64,000 nt of DNA from an uncultured Methanomicrobiales archaeon (lineage in GTDB: Archaea; Halobacteriota; Methanomicrobia; Methanomicrobiales; Methanospirillaceae), in NCBI GenBank assembly GCA_963697895.1, contig OY969100.1:672001-736000 (forward strand), in the 5' to 3' direction. Under the pieces are notes generated by a model, which searched no databases, had not been told where the DNA came from, and was given only the letters and a program-made list of their open reading frames with translations. Position 1 is the stretch's first letter, and every line of letters begins with the position of its first letter. A program made the translations under genes and the position numbers. This document shows, piece after piece, positions 20,648-31,395 of this stretch.

Positions 20648-21976
20648 ATGACGAAGGATGTCGTATCAGCAATGCTGGAAAGAATAGATGCGGATCTTAT
20701 AAAATTTGTCCGTCTTCAGTTCAACGATATAACCGGACAGCCAAAGAATGCCGCGATCCCTGTCGAGCAGGTTGAAAAAGCACTTACAGATGGAATATGG
20801 TTTGATGGATCCTCCATTGAAGGTTTTGCCCGTATTGAAGAATCCGATATGCTACTCAAGCCCGACCCCGCTACCTACACCATCCTCCCCTGGAGGCCTG
20901 CTGATGCACGGGTTGCACGATTTATCTGTGATATTTACACGTATGGGGAAAAGCCGTTTGAGGGCGATCCCCGGTATATACTGAAAAAAACCATTGCTGA
21001 AGCAGCAAAAATGGGTTATACGTTCAATACCGGGCCAGAACTCGAATTTTTCCTCTTCAAGCTCATTGATGGTATGCCGACTACTCTATTCCAGGATCAT
21101 GGGGCATATTTCGATCTTGCTCCGAGCGATGCGGCCGAAGATGTTCGTCGGGATATCGTTCTTGCACTCACTCAAATGGGTTTCGAGATCGAGATGTCTC
21201 ATCATGAGGTGGCAGAAAGTCAGCATGAGATCGACTTCAAATATGGCGATGTGCTTGATACTGCAGACAAAGTGATTACATTCAAATTCGCAACAAAATC
21301 ACTTGCTTTAAAACGGGGTCTGCATGCCACATTCATGGCGAAGCCTTTGGCAGGAATAAACGGGAGTGGGATGCACACACATGGATCTCTTGCCAAGAAC
21401 GGAAAAAATGCTTTCTATGATCCCAAGGGCCCGAAACAACTCAGCGATACTGCCCTTTATTATATCGGAGGTCTTCTCAAACACGCGAAAGCGATTACCC
21501 GTATTGCAAACCCTACCATCAATTCATACAAACGGCTCGTACCCGGGTATGAAGCACCCGTTTACATCTCGTGGAGTAATACAAACCGTTCCGCATTAGT
21601 TCGGGTCCCTGCTGCCCGTGGAAATAGCACTCGTGCCGAGTTCAGGAGCCCTGACCCCATGTGTAATCCATATCTTACATTTGCCTCAATGCTTGCCGCA
21701 GGGTTGGACGGGATAAGGAACAAGATTATGCCACCGGAGAGCACCGATGTAAATATTTACCATCTGAGTGCAGGTGAGCGAAAGAAAATGGGAATCGAAA
21801 TGCTTCCCGGTAGTCTCATGGAGGCAAACGCCGAATTCATGAAAGATAAGGTTCTCACAAACACAATGGGCACACATACTACTGAAAATCTCTGTAGAAT
21901 AGCTGAATTAGAAAGTGATGCTTTCAGACTAACGGTGCACAAGTGGGAGCTTGATCGCTACCTGGCAACCTATTAA
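20648..21976 (+). CDS. glnA: Glutamine synthetase type I
   Basis: FDGSSIEGF, GPELEFFLF, HHEVA..QHEI, NGSGMH, SYKRLVPGYEAP, NRSALVRVP. Confidence 0.97.
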   Translation: MTKDVVSAMLERIDADLIKFVRLQFNDITGQPKNAAIPVEQVEKALTDGIWFDGSSIEGFARIEESDMLLKPDPATYTILPWRPADARVARFICDIYTYGEKPFEGDPRYILKKTIAEAAKMGYTFNTGPELEFFLFKLIDGMPTTLFQDHGAYFDLAPSDAAEDVRRDIVLALTQMGFEIEMSHHEVAESQHEIDFKYGDVLDTADKVITFKFATKSLALKRGLHATFMAKPLAGINGSGMHTHGSLAKNGKNAFYDPKGPKQLSDTALYYIGGLLKHAKAITRIANPTINSYKRLVPGYEAPVYISWSNTNRSALVRVPAARGNSTRAEFRSPDPMCNPYLTFASMLAAGLDGIRNKIMPPESTDVNIYHLSAGERKKMGIEMLPGSLMEANAEFMKDKVLTNTMGTHTTENLCRIAELESDAFRLTVHKWELDRYLATY

Positions 21977-22059
21977 TTTTTCCGGTTTTAAAAATATTAA
22001 AAAATTTTTTCTTATATAACTGAATAAGGATAAACAGATCTTGAGGTATGGCTCCATTA

Positions 22060-22410
22060 TTATTTTTCCAGCAATGAACGTAATTTTTTATCTATATGAT
22101 CGGATATATGGTAATATCCTGGGGTCTCATGGGATCTGGATGCAATTCTGATCGCATCATCTATATCATCATCCGATATTCCATGAGATTCATGATCGAC
22201 AAACTCCGCGGAATACAATTTGCCGTAACCGACCATCATTCTGCAGAGACCGCGACGCCTCCCATCATCCCTGATATAATAATAGCATCTTCCAATAACT
22301 GCCTGTTCATGCCCGTGAAAATTCCGGATAATCATTTCAAATTCGGATGCATATTCCAATGAATCATGAGAGATCTCTTTTGATTCAGAATTTGGTACCC
22401 TTCGATGCAT
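22060..22410 (-). CDS. Hypothetical protein (116 aa)
   Basis: AGGTG SD and TATATAAG upstream; no recognised motif. Confidence 0.65.
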   Translation of the reverse strand: MHRRVPNSESKEISHDSLEYASEFEMIIRNFHGHEQAVIGRCYYYIRDDGRRRGLCRMMVGYGKLYSAEFVDHESHGISDDDIDDAIRIASRSHETPGYYHISDHIDKKLRSLLEK

Positions 22411-22684
22411 TGCTCACACCTTTCTTATATATACTTCACAGATCTTCACCAGTCATCTGATGTGACAGGATTTTGCAGACGTGATATACGATTGATTAAT
22501 CTCCCGGGAAAATGGTGTGTGCTTTCACAACTATCTCCATTTGTCCAAACACGAATATTGAAACCAGTCATTGCTTCCTGATTGCCTGATGAATGAAGGT
22601 GGAGGATGCTAGCTTCTGATATCATATAGTTATATCCAATGTAGCAGTACAAATGATCTCATAATCGTAATGTTTATCATATAT

Positions 22685-22698
22685 AGAAATGTATTTCC
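22685..22698 (+). promoter_or_regulatory. NrpR-like operator before first glnK
   Basis: AGAA-atgtat-TTCC, 20 bp before the ATG. Confidence 0.7.
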
Positions 22699-22718
22699 TT
22701 CCATAGAGGGAAATTGAA

Positions 22719-23048
22719 ATGAAAATGATAAAGGCGATAATCAGACCGGAACGGGTTGATTTCGTAAAAAAAGCCATGGAGGATAAAGGATTTTTTGGTT
22801 TAACGATAACAGAGGTTATGGGTCGCGGAGACCAAAAGGGGATAACTCTGCAATATCGGGGTGGGGCGATGAATATAGATCTTCTTCCCAAAGTGAAGAT
22901 CGAAGTCGTGGTGAAGAATAATGATATCAACACAGTGGTGGAGTTGATACAGAATTCAGCCAGAACAGGCAAAATCGGAGATGGAAAGATCTTTATCATT
23001 CCCATCGAAAAGTCCATTCGCGTACGGACGGGAGAGGTGGAAGTTTAA
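22719..23048 (+). CDS. glnK: PII nitrogen regulatory protein
   Basis: IKAIIRPER, GRGDQKG, T-loop [16 protein letters not shown]. Confidence 0.95.
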   Translation: MKMIKAIIRPERVDFVKKAMEDKGFFGLTITEVMGRGDQKGITLQYRGGAMNIDLLPKVKIEVVVKNNDINTVVELIQNSARTGKIGDGKIFIIPIEKSIRVRTGEVEV

Positions 23049-23279
23049 GAGAAATGGATTCCTACAAGGATTCTCCCACTTTTTACGAAAAATCGATAAA
23101 TGCTGCCGGGTTAAACCAGGTTCCTTTAATCGCCTTTTTAAGATCGAAAAATTCTTGAATCAAAAAATCTCGATTGTGATTTTTTACTAAAACAAGTAGC
23201 GCCTGCATCTATTTTTTTTATTGATTAAAGCATAGGTTTATAAATACTTCCAATTAAAAAAATAAAATTAAAATACCAT

Positions 23280-23293
23280 AGAAACAAACTTCC
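23280..23293 (+). promoter_or_regulatory. NrpR-like operator upstream of amtB
   Basis: AGAA-acaaac-TTCC downstream of a TTTATAAA box at 23237-23244. Confidence 0.65.
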
Positions 23294-23559
23294 TTCTATC
23301 AGAGGAGAGAGAGGATCATCAGGATCGTCACGTGTACGTACAATAAGAATCGGAAAATTGGAATGATTTCGATTTAAATTGCTCCCTCTGCAGGAATTGA
23401 TCGAATGTTGAATGAAAGTGTCACGAGGAACCTCTTGGATGACGGCGCTCGGATCATATCCGCCGTATATGCATTTGAAATGAACACCATAGGAGGACTT
23501 TACCGAAGTTTTCCTGATTGCAAATCGAAAAAGGTAAACGATAATGGTATGGTGATCCA

Positions 23560-24768
23560 ATGGCAATAGACACCGGTAGTACGGCATGGATACTTGCAGC
23601 AACTGCACTCGTTATGCTCATGACTCCGGGTGTAGGATTTTTCTATGGGGGACTTGTCCGCCGGAAAAATTTTATCAATATGATTGCGCTTTCATTCCTG
23701 GTCTTTGCGCTGGTGAGCCTGCAATGGGTTATACTGGGGTTCAGCCTTGCATTCGGCCAAGGTGGGGACTTTATAGGTAGTCTTCAGTACCTCGGCCTGA
23801 ATAATGTCGGCCAGGAGCCTGGGCCGTATAGTGCTGCAATCCCTGGACTGCTTTATATGGTCTTCCAGCTGGTATTCGCAACGGTAACAATGGCAATTGT
23901 CACATCCGGGTTCGCAGAGAGGGTGAAGGTGAGTTCATTTATCATATTTGCGCTTCTCTGGACAACGCTCGTCTACGATCCGCTCGCTCACTGGGTCTGG
24001 GGAGGAGGCTGGGCTGCTCAGGCTGGTGCGCTTGACTTCGCCGGAGGCACGGTCGTCCATATCAGTTCCGGTTTTGCTGCACTTGCGGTAGCAATAATCA
24101 TCGGGAAACGAACCGGATACGGGCAATATTCGATGGAGCCGCATAATATTCCCATGACGCTCCTCGGAGCTGCCCTGCTCTGGTTCGGCTGGTTTGGATT
24201 TAATGCCGGGAGTGCACTGGCCGCGAACGGGCTTGCCGCGAATGCGTTTGTCGTCACCAATACGGCGGCCGCAGCCGGTGCAGTTGCATGGCTTCTCGCA
24301 GCCTGGGCACGTGGCAAACCAAGCTCCTTAGGCATGGTATCCGGAGCTGTTGCCGGTCTCGTGGCAATTACACCCGCGGCAGGGTATGTAGGCCCGCTCA
24401 CCGCGATTCTGATTGGTGCTGTCGCGGGATTGATCTGTTATTCTGTCATGCTCTGGAGGATAAACAAAGGACTGGATGAAAGCCTGGATGCATGGGCAGT
24501 TCATGGTATGGGGGGCCTCTGGGGGGCATTTGCAACAGGTATTTTTGCTACAGCCGCAGTCGGTGGATTTTCCGGACTCCTTGAAGGGAATGTTCATCAG
24601 TTCCTGGCAAATGCAGCAGGAGCAATCGGCGCAGTAGTATATGCATTTGTAGTAACACTGGTTCTTGCCTGGATCGTCCACAAAACGCTCGGACTGCGGG
24701 TATCTGAAGATGAAGAGTACGTGGGACTTGATATATCCCAGCACGGAGAACGGATCAATACGTCATGA
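23560..24768 (+). CDS. amtB: Ammonium transporter
   Basis: [48 protein letters not shown]. Confidence 0.97.
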   Translation: MAIDTGSTAWILAATALVMLMTPGVGFFYGGLVRRKNFINMIALSFLVFALVSLQWVILGFSLAFGQGGDFIGSLQYLGLNNVGQEPGPYSAAIPGLLYMVFQLVFATVTMAIVTSGFAERVKVSSFIIFALLWTTLVYDPLAHWVWGGGWAAQAGALDFAGGTVVHISSGFAALAVAIIIGKRTGYGQYSMEPHNIPMTLLGAALLWFGWFGFNAGSALAANGLAANAFVVTNTAAAAGAVAWLLAAWARGKPSSLGMVSGAVAGLVAITPAAGYVGPLTAILIGAVAGLICYSVMLWRINKGLDESLDAWAVHGMGGLWGAFATGIFATAAVGGFSGLLEGNVHQFLANAAGAIGAVVYAFVVTLVLAWIVHKTLGLRVSEDEEYVGLDISQHGERINTS

Positions 24769-25107
<339 letters not shown>

Positions 25108-25132
25108 AAAAACACATATTATCCAAACTTAT

Positions 25133-25175
25133 TTTCCTTTGGAATTTTTTCCATAGGAAAGAATTTTTTTTTCCC
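25133..25175 (+). terminator. Hairpin plus T-run terminator after amtB-glnK
   Basis: tttcct-ttgga / tcca-taggaaa inverted repeat followed by a long T-run. Confidence 0.55.
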
Positions 25176-25302
25176 CGGGCTTACCCATTTTAAGGAAGAA
25201 GCTAATTATATGCCAAATATAGGGGACCCGGACAACGAACAACTCTTCGGTGAATGAAATGCATTTCACAAATTTAATATTTTAACGTGGAAATGGCTAT
25301 GA

Positions 25303-25797
25303 ATGGACCGGGGGAGTGGTGTATCGCAGGCCACTGCGACGATATTGCTCATCGCAATCACTATTCTGCTCGCTGCACTTGTTCTCCTCCTCTTTCATCT
25401 GCCATCATTTGAGAGTTTTCCTCCCGCTTTTATCGAAATTAACAACGTTTATCATAACAACGAACATGGGGCCCTGACCTATGACAGCCGGGTAATCCTG
25501 TTTCATAATGGAACCGAACGAATTGAAAACGATAGTTTAAACGCATCTTTCTTCCGGAACGGAGCACAGGTCCCGTGTATCATCTCGACGCTGAATGGCC
25601 ATAATTTTATTTCCACCCACCATTTTGGTGTACAGACCATGGGGGGAATGGGCTGCTCGGGAATGTTCTGGGAACCCCATGCACGAATTGCAATTGACTT
25701 CTCCGACGGTACCTTTCATCCCGGTGACACAATACGGGTGGATATCTATTCAAAAACGACGAACCGTCTTATATCGCGGTATTCATATATTGCATAA
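25303..25797 (+). CDS. Archaeal type IV pilin-like protein
   Basis: Class III signal peptide MDRGSG|VSQATATILLIAITILLAALV. Confidence 0.75.
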   Translation: MDRGSGVSQATATILLIAITILLAALVLLLFHLPSFESFPPAFIEINNVYHNNEHGALTYDSRVILFHNGTERIENDSLNASFFRNGAQVPCIISTLNGHNFISTHHFGVQTMGGMGCSGMFWEPHARIAIDFSDGTFHPGDTIRVDIYSKTTNRLISRYSYIA

Positions 25798-26338
25798 CTG
25801 AACGTGCGCAGAGACGGGCGACTCGTAACGGCTCAGGAATCTTTCCATCACTCGTGAATGCATTGCAGAGTAGTTCTGCATCGTGAATTGAGATGCCGGA
25901 ACACCGGATAAAAATATCATAATCCGTGTGGAGATGAACCTTCGTCCGTGCCCCAAGACGGTGGTATGCTGAACGCCGCATTTCGTCATTGGGAAAATGA
26001 AAAGCAAGGTCTGACTCGAGCCCCTCAGAATCCTCATACGTGACACAAACCACCGGAAGGTTCGTCTCATGATAAACCCTATCGGGATCGATAATATTGT
26101 ACCAGGCGATAATACAACCGGAAAGCATGATCATGTTGATATCCCGGCGCCGCATCCCCTGAACCATATTAATGATCACATCGGTTGCATCCATCCCTCC
26201 TATATTGACGAAGGAGAACTTGATGCCATCAATTTGAAGGTCTTTTCTCATAACCACTCCGGCAAGAGTCGATCTACTCCCGGAGGAGAAACTTTCGGCG
26301 ATTCCCAGTGCACGAATGCCTTTCTTGCCGATCTGCAT
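25769..26338 (-). CDS. DUF99 family protein (endonuclease V-like)
   Basis: ALGIAESF, GGMDAT, IAWYNIID, GKIPEPLRVARL. Confidence 0.85.
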   Translation of the reverse strand: MQIGKKGIRALGIAESFSSGSRSTLAGVVMRKDLQIDGIKFSFVNIGGMDATDVIINMVQGMRRRDINMIMLSGCIIAWYNIIDPDRVYHETNLPVVCVTYEDSEGLESDLAFHFPNDEMRRSAYHRLGARTKVHLHTDYDIFIRCSGISIHDAELLCNAFTSDGKIPEPLRVARLCARSVMQYMNTAI

Positions 26339-26376
26339 GGAAGCAATTATGACGATGGATCAGATATATTATCTCA

Positions 26377-27303
26377 ATGAATATCGAGAAGGATGAGGTT
26401 TGTGTCCTTATCCCTACCCTGAATGAAGCCCCGACCATTGCCGAATTAATCCTTGAATTTGTCTCACATGGATTTCATAATATATTGGTTGCCGATGGAA
26501 GAAGCTCCGACGGGACACCGGATATCGCCCGCGACACCGGTGCCAAGGTAGTAACGCAGACGGGTAAAGGTAAAGGGAATGCAATCATTGAAGCGTTCGA
26601 AGCAATAGATAAACCCTATATCCTCATGCTTGATGGTGACGGAACCTATTCAGCCGAGGATGCAGACAGGATGCTTGCACCGCTCGGGGAGGGTTTTGAT
26701 CACGTCATTGGAGACCGGTTAATCAACGAAAATGAGCGAGCATTCTCGCGCCTGAACTTTATCGGAAACCAGTTCCTGAATCGTCTTTTCAAGGTTGCAC
26801 ACGGCAGATACCTGAATGATATCCTCTCCGGGTACCGGGCATTCCGGCGGGACGCACTCACTCAGATGCACCTGACCGAATCAGGGTTTGAAATAGAGAC
26901 AGAAATTTCAGTTGAAGCAGTGAGGAGCGGGCAAAAAATCGCCATTGTCCCTATCAGTTACGCGAAGAGACCCGGTTCGGTCACGAAACTGAATCCGTTT
27001 CATGACGGGTTCAAGATTACCACGACGATTTACCGGCTTGCCAAAATGAACAATCCGCTATTTTATTTCGGTCTGATAGGCATCATCATGATGGCAGGGG
27101 GATTTATCACGGGGATTTATGTCATTTTTGAATGGCTGCGACATGTGGACCACCTTCCCCTCACTCTTCTTACCGTCCTTCTGATCGTGGTGGGATTTGA
27201 GATCTTCATGTTCGGTATTATCAGTGACATGCTCCTCGCATATCACCGGGAAGTAATCCGGGAATTACAGCGGATACAGGAGGAATCGGGACCGAAAAAT
27301 TAA
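26377..27303 (+). CDS. aglJ: GT2 glycosyltransferase, AglJ-like (S-layer N-glycosylation)
   Basis: LIPTLNEA, DGRSSDGT, GKGKG, DGDGTY, DILSGYRAF, GFEIETE; two C-terminal TM helices. Confidence 0.8.
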   Translation: MNIEKDEVCVLIPTLNEAPTIAELILEFVSHGFHNILVADGRSSDGTPDIARDTGAKVVTQTGKGKGNAIIEAFEAIDKPYILMLDGDGTYSAEDADRMLAPLGEGFDHVIGDRLINENERAFSRLNFIGNQFLNRLFKVAHGRYLNDILSGYRAFRRDALTQMHLTESGFEIETEISVEAVRSGQKIAIVPISYAKRPGSVTKLNPFHDGFKITTTIYRLAKMNNPLFYFGLIGIIMMAGGFITGIYVIFEWLRHVDHLPLTLLTVLLIVVGFEIFMFGIISDMLLAYHREVIRELQRIQEESGPKN

Positions 27304-27444
27304 CTCGATCGTATCTTCCCGGAAAAAATTCCTCTATCCCGGCTCATACGTGTGAGAAGGCAATTATTTTGCAAAAACGGGGTCTTATTGGGTTATTAAA
27401 AAACCTTATCTTCCATAGAAATAATATGGTAATGAAATTTCCTC

Positions 27445-27515
27445 GCGATAGTAGTCTAGCGGCAGGACAGGAGCTTCCCAAGCTTCTAACCCGGGTTCGA
27501 TCCCCGGCTATCGCA
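27445..27515 (+). tRNA. tRNA-Gly(CCC)
   Basis: Acceptor GCGATAG/CTATCGC, anticodon arm GGAGC-TTCCCAA-GCTTC, GGTTCGATCC T-loop. Confidence 0.95.
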
Positions 27516-27523
27516 TCCTATCC

Positions 27524-28204
27524 ATGACCGAATGCGAAACGGACATTTTTGCAATCAGAATAATCGCCGAGAACCGTTCGGGTGTTCTGCGGGATATCGG
27601 GGCGGTCGTAGCAGAACATCATGCAAATATCATGATGATTCATCAGGAAATTTTTGACTCAGGACCGTTCAACGGTATGGCCGAACTATATGTGGAATAT
27701 GCAGACGGCAGCGATCAAGAGAATCTCATCGCAAATCTCCGGAAGATCACCTCGGTAAAGGATGTCCGTCCTCACCAATCCTTTTCACACATTTTTGGGA
27801 CGAGGGTGATCATCATCGGAGGCGGTGCTCAGGTGGCGCAGGTAGCGATGGGCGCTGTGAATGAGGCAGATCGCCATAATATTCGCGGAGAACGTATTTC
27901 AGTCGATACAATCCCGCTGGTGGGTGAAAAAACGGTCGCTCTTGCGGTGGATGCAGTGGCACGCCTGCCACGCGCAGGAATTCTGGTGCTGGCGGGTTCC
28001 CTGATGGGGGGAGAGATATCCAGGGCAGTCGATCGGGTGAGAGAGGCCGGGATTCCGGTAATTGCCCTGAAAATGGCGGGAAGCGTCCCCGATCATGCGG
28101 ATCTCGTGGTAACTGACCCGATACAGGCAGGGGTATTCGCCGTCATGCACGTGAGCGAAAAAGCGATGTTTGATATCGATCGTGTCCGTGGTCGCGAATT
28201 CTGA
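27524..28204 (+). CDS. ACT-domain protein (DUF5612-like, methanogen-conserved)
   Basis: N-terminal ENRSGVLRDI ACT motif; GGGAQVAQVA, EADRHNIRGERISVDT. Confidence 0.8.
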   Translation: MTECETDIFAIRIIAENRSGVLRDIGAVVAEHHANIMMIHQEIFDSGPFNGMAELYVEYADGSDQENLIANLRKITSVKDVRPHQSFSHIFGTRVIIIGGGAQVAQVAMGAVNEADRHNIRGERISVDTIPLVGEKTVALAVDAVARLPRAGILVLAGSLMGGEISRAVDRVREAGIPVIALKMAGSVPDHADLVVTDPIQAGVFAVMHVSEKAMFDIDRVRGREF

Positions 28205-28779
28205 TGGATGAGATCGAAAAGGCTGTCCGGATACTGATGCACGACGGAATTGTCGTATATCCCACGGACACGATATACGGTCTCGGGGCTGATGCCCTTT
28301 CGGATGATGCGATCCTGAAGGTATATGAAGCAAAGGGGCGCCCCCTCTCAAAGCCCATATCAATCGCCGTATCCGACCTGGAAATGCTTTGTACCGTGGC
28401 ACGGGTTGATGAAGAGGCAACTGCATTCGTCGAGAGGTTTCTCCCCGGGCCGGTCACGATGATACTCCGGGCCCGGACATGCCTTCCGGAGATCCTGACC
28501 GGAGGCACTCAACAGATCGGCGTCCGTATCCCTGCTCATGAAATCCCTCTACAGATCATCAACCGACTCGATGCCCCTATAACGGCAACGAGTGCAAACC
28601 AGTCGGGAGGAAAGGAGCCGACAACCCCGGAGGAGTGCCATGTTCCCTATGACTTCCTCATAGACGGGGGTCGCCTCCCGGGTATTCCGAGCACCGTCGT
28701 TGACCTGGTCAATGGCTCAATTCTTCGAAAAGGGAGAAATTCAAATGAAATCGAAGCATATCTCTCCATGTTCCGATAA
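28204..28779 (+). CDS. sua5: L-threonylcarbamoyladenylate synthase (TsaC/Sua5 family, YrdC domain only)
   Basis: YPTDTIYGL, KGR, PGPVT, GVRIP, TSAN, PSTVVD. Confidence 0.92.
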   Translation: MDEIEKAVRILMHDGIVVYPTDTIYGLGADALSDDAILKVYEAKGRPLSKPISIAVSDLEMLCTVARVDEEATAFVERFLPGPVTMILRARTCLPEILTGGTQQIGVRIPAHEIPLQIINRLDAPITATSANQSGGKEPTTPEECHVPYDFLIDGGRLPGIPSTVVDLVNGSILRKGRNSNEIEAYLSMFR

Positions 28780-29722
28780 TGTTCCCGGACGACCTATTCG
28801 GTTGAGAGATTTTATAGAAGATACTGACGGGTGGTTATATGCGGTCTCTGTCTACGACAATGAGGAACGTGTCGGAGGCATTCTCAGGTATGTACCGGAT
28901 CCGGCAGGTGAACGGATCGGTCGAGGCGGGCAACGGTACAAAAAACTTGATTTTAATCAGGCGTATGAGATGATCGCGTCTGAGAAACCCCACTACCTCG
29001 ACCTTGTTCACCGAGTACCCCGGAATGAAATCCATCGTGTGTTGAAACCGGAAAATGAGATCGATAAAATAGCCGAAAGAAACAGGCTTGTAAAAAGACT
29101 GATGGAGATCTTTGATCTTCCCCGTAATTCACTGGGATGTACCGGTTCATTTCTCTGCGAACTCGAACAACCCGAATCAGATATCGATCTGGTGATCTAT
29201 GGAAGATCCTGGGTTCAGGCACAGAAAATCCTCAGACATGCGATAATAGACGGTTATCTCCAGGATATTTCCGAGGAAGTCTGGCGGAAAATCTATGAGA
29301 AGAGAAGGCCCGATATCTCATTTGAGACCTTCATCGCACATGAGGAGCGGAAGGTGAACCGTGGTCAGATTGATGGCACATATTTTGATCTGCTTTATAC
29401 GCGATCCTATGAAGATCTCCTTAGGATGTCACCGGGTCCTGGCAGGATAGTGGGTTCAATGCGGATTGAGGCGAAAGTTACCGACGCCTCGCTCTCTTTT
29501 GACAACCCGGCAGTTTATGAAGTCGAACACGACCGGGTCACCCGGGTGCTTTCCTTCACCCATACATACAGTGGGCAGGCATTAACCGGCGAGACCATCG
29601 AGGCCCGTGGAGTTCTCGAGGAACACGGGGAAGAATGCTGGCTTATCGTTGGCACGACCAGGGAAGCACGGGGAGAATATATCATTTCGAAAACGCTTCT
29701 TGAGTCTTCGGACGTCGCATAA
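28745..29722 (+). CDS. Archaeal nucleotidyltransferase-domain protein (Pol beta superfamily)
   Basis: GCTGS...SDIDLVIYG motif. Confidence 0.8.
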   Translation: MKSKHISPCSDNVPGRPIRLRDFIEDTDGWLYAVSVYDNEERVGGILRYVPDPAGERIGRGGQRYKKLDFNQAYEMIASEKPHYLDLVHRVPRNEIHRVLKPENEIDKIAERNRLVKRLMEIFDLPRNSLGCTGSFLCELEQPESDIDLVIYGRSWVQAQKILRHAIIDGYLQDISEEVWRKIYEKRRPDISFETFIAHEERKVNRGQIDGTYFDLLYTRSYEDLLRMSPGPGRIVGSMRIEAKVTDASLSFDNPAVYEVEHDRVTRVLSFTHTYSGQALTGETIEARGVLEEHGEECWLIVGTTREARGEYIISKTLLESSDVA

Positions 29723-29873
29723 AACGTTGTTCCCGATTCACGCATCGGTTTGCAGAACGAAAATTGCATCGTTAAAAAAACAGTTCAAGGTAGCGAAGAC
29801 CAACAAGAGATACGGCTCTCCAGAAATATGACGAACTAAAGTTTGATCCTGGAACGGGAAGCAGATTTCTTTA

Positions 29874-30563
29874 TTACTTTTTATCCAGAATATCCGATAA
29901 TCTTCTGCCTCCGGGGGTACACCGGGCCTCAAAGGGACATTTCCGACAGGGTGCATTTACCGGTTTTTTGGGGATCCGTCCTTCCATAAGGGACTGAAAA
30001 ATACGACGTCCGGATAAAAATGCCCTTTTGTCACGGGGCTGAATTTCACAATACCTTTCCACACCGCTGGGAATATAATCCACAGAACCCCCTGGAACCG
30101 GTATGCCGAGCAGTTCCTGCAGGCAGAGAGCATAACAGACAACGCGGAGACGGTCATGATGGTAGACTCCCGCCGTCGGGGCTTTGGAAGATCGGACTAC
30201 GGAAAAATAGGGAGGTTCATCGAATAATCGATCGACCGATCCGAAAATGCCATAACGCTCTGAAGATACCGGGACGTCAATACCGGAAGCGGATCTCCAC
30301 GCGTTTATACTGCAATAACTGATACATTCGTCTAAAAATGCCTGGAATATGGGATCGATATCCGGATGAACTGTGCAGATCTCCTCCCAGATCCGGGTGC
30401 GATCGAGCGGGGATCCAAGGTGCATGGAGATCTGCTTGCATACCGTATAACGGGGAGATTCAATTCCATTACGGTCCGTTTCACCCGATCCATAGTATAC
30501 ACGAAGAGGACATATCGCAGCGGTAATGATCGACGATATGCTCATTTTGCCCCGGGAGTCCAT
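29874..30563 (-). CDS. Solo Cas4-like protein (Fe-S cysteines kept, nuclease motif degenerate)
   Basis: N-terminal CP, C-terminal CRKCPFEARC, GSVD; no other cas genes in the window. Confidence 0.75.
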   Translation of the reverse strand: MDSRGKMSISSIITAAICPLRVYYGSGETDRNGIESPRYTVCKQISMHLGSPLDRTRIWEEICTVHPDIDPIFQAFLDECISYCSINAWRSASGIDVPVSSERYGIFGSVDRLFDEPPYFSVVRSSKAPTAGVYHHDRLRVVCYALCLQELLGIPVPGGSVDYIPSGVERYCEIQPRDKRAFLSGRRIFQSLMEGRIPKKPVNAPCRKCPFEARCTPGGRRLSDILDKK

Positions 30564-30611
30564 TTATTTTCCTCTCATAAGGCTTATCGGAGTACAGGTA
30601 AATTAATACCC

Positions 30612-30908
30612 ATGACTTCTCACGAAATTGCGGTCAATGTCCCCCAGAGCCTCGATCCTGTTTACAGCAATATGATACAGATCGCCTACAAGGAGGATGA
30701 ATTCACGTTTGTCTTTCTCCATCAGATTCCTGCGGTAAATCAGGCACGGGCGAAGGCAATCGTTAGCATTACGCCGATGCATGCGAAGAGTCTCCTTGCG
30801 GTCCTCACCAAGACGATGCAGGACTATGAATCCAAGTTTGGAAAAATTGAGCCTCCCTCGGGGAAGACCCCGGTCGACAGCGTAACGACCATGCGGGGAT
30901 ATTCCTGA
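30612..30908 (+). CDS. DUF3467-like small protein
   Basis: PVYSN...EFTFVF...VSITPMHAKSLL..L...YESKFGKI pattern. Confidence 0.75.
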   Translation: MTSHEIAVNVPQSLDPVYSNMIQIAYKEDEFTFVFLHQIPAVNQARAKAIVSITPMHAKSLLAVLTKTMQDYESKFGKIEPPSGKTPVDSVTTMRGYS

Positions 30909-30970
30909 TCCCCGGTTCACTCAGTAAAGAACGTTAATATCCGATCACGCCAATCCTATACGGGAACCGT

Positions 30971-31042
30971 GCCGCCGTGGCTTAGCGGTATAGCGGCTGA
31001 TTCGTAATCAGCAGGTCGAGGGTTCAAGTCCCTCCGGCGGCT
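30971..31042 (+). tRNA. tRNA-Thr(CGT)
   Basis: GCCGCCG/CGGCGGC acceptor, GCTGA-TTCGTAA-TCAGC anticodon arm, GGTTCAAGTCC. Confidence 0.95.
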
Positions 31043-31395
31043 CTTCCGTTTGCCTGTATGAATAGTACCCTTCATTTTTCTCTGAATCCGGTTTCCCTGC
31101 AACCGGTCTGAACCCTCTTTGGCCGGCTTGAAACATCCGATATGACCGATCAGGTTAATTATCCCGCATATTTTCGCGACCAAAAAAAATGCAAGATTGA
31201 TCCCCGGATTAGGCTGTTCAATTTGAGAAGAGGAACTTCCTCACGAGAAGAGGCAGAATAAGAACAGTCGGCATACAAAATCGATAGCTGATGAGAAAGA
31301 AAGTTTAACGAAATATCAGTGACACTTGGGAAATTAAGTTATCGCATCAACAAAGAAGTGCCGATCCATGAAAAGACGCGCTCATCGGTATTGCT

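Noticed and set aside
29874-30563. CRISPR-Cas locus
   Set aside because: Only a solo Cas4-like gene; no cas1/cas2 or array in the window.
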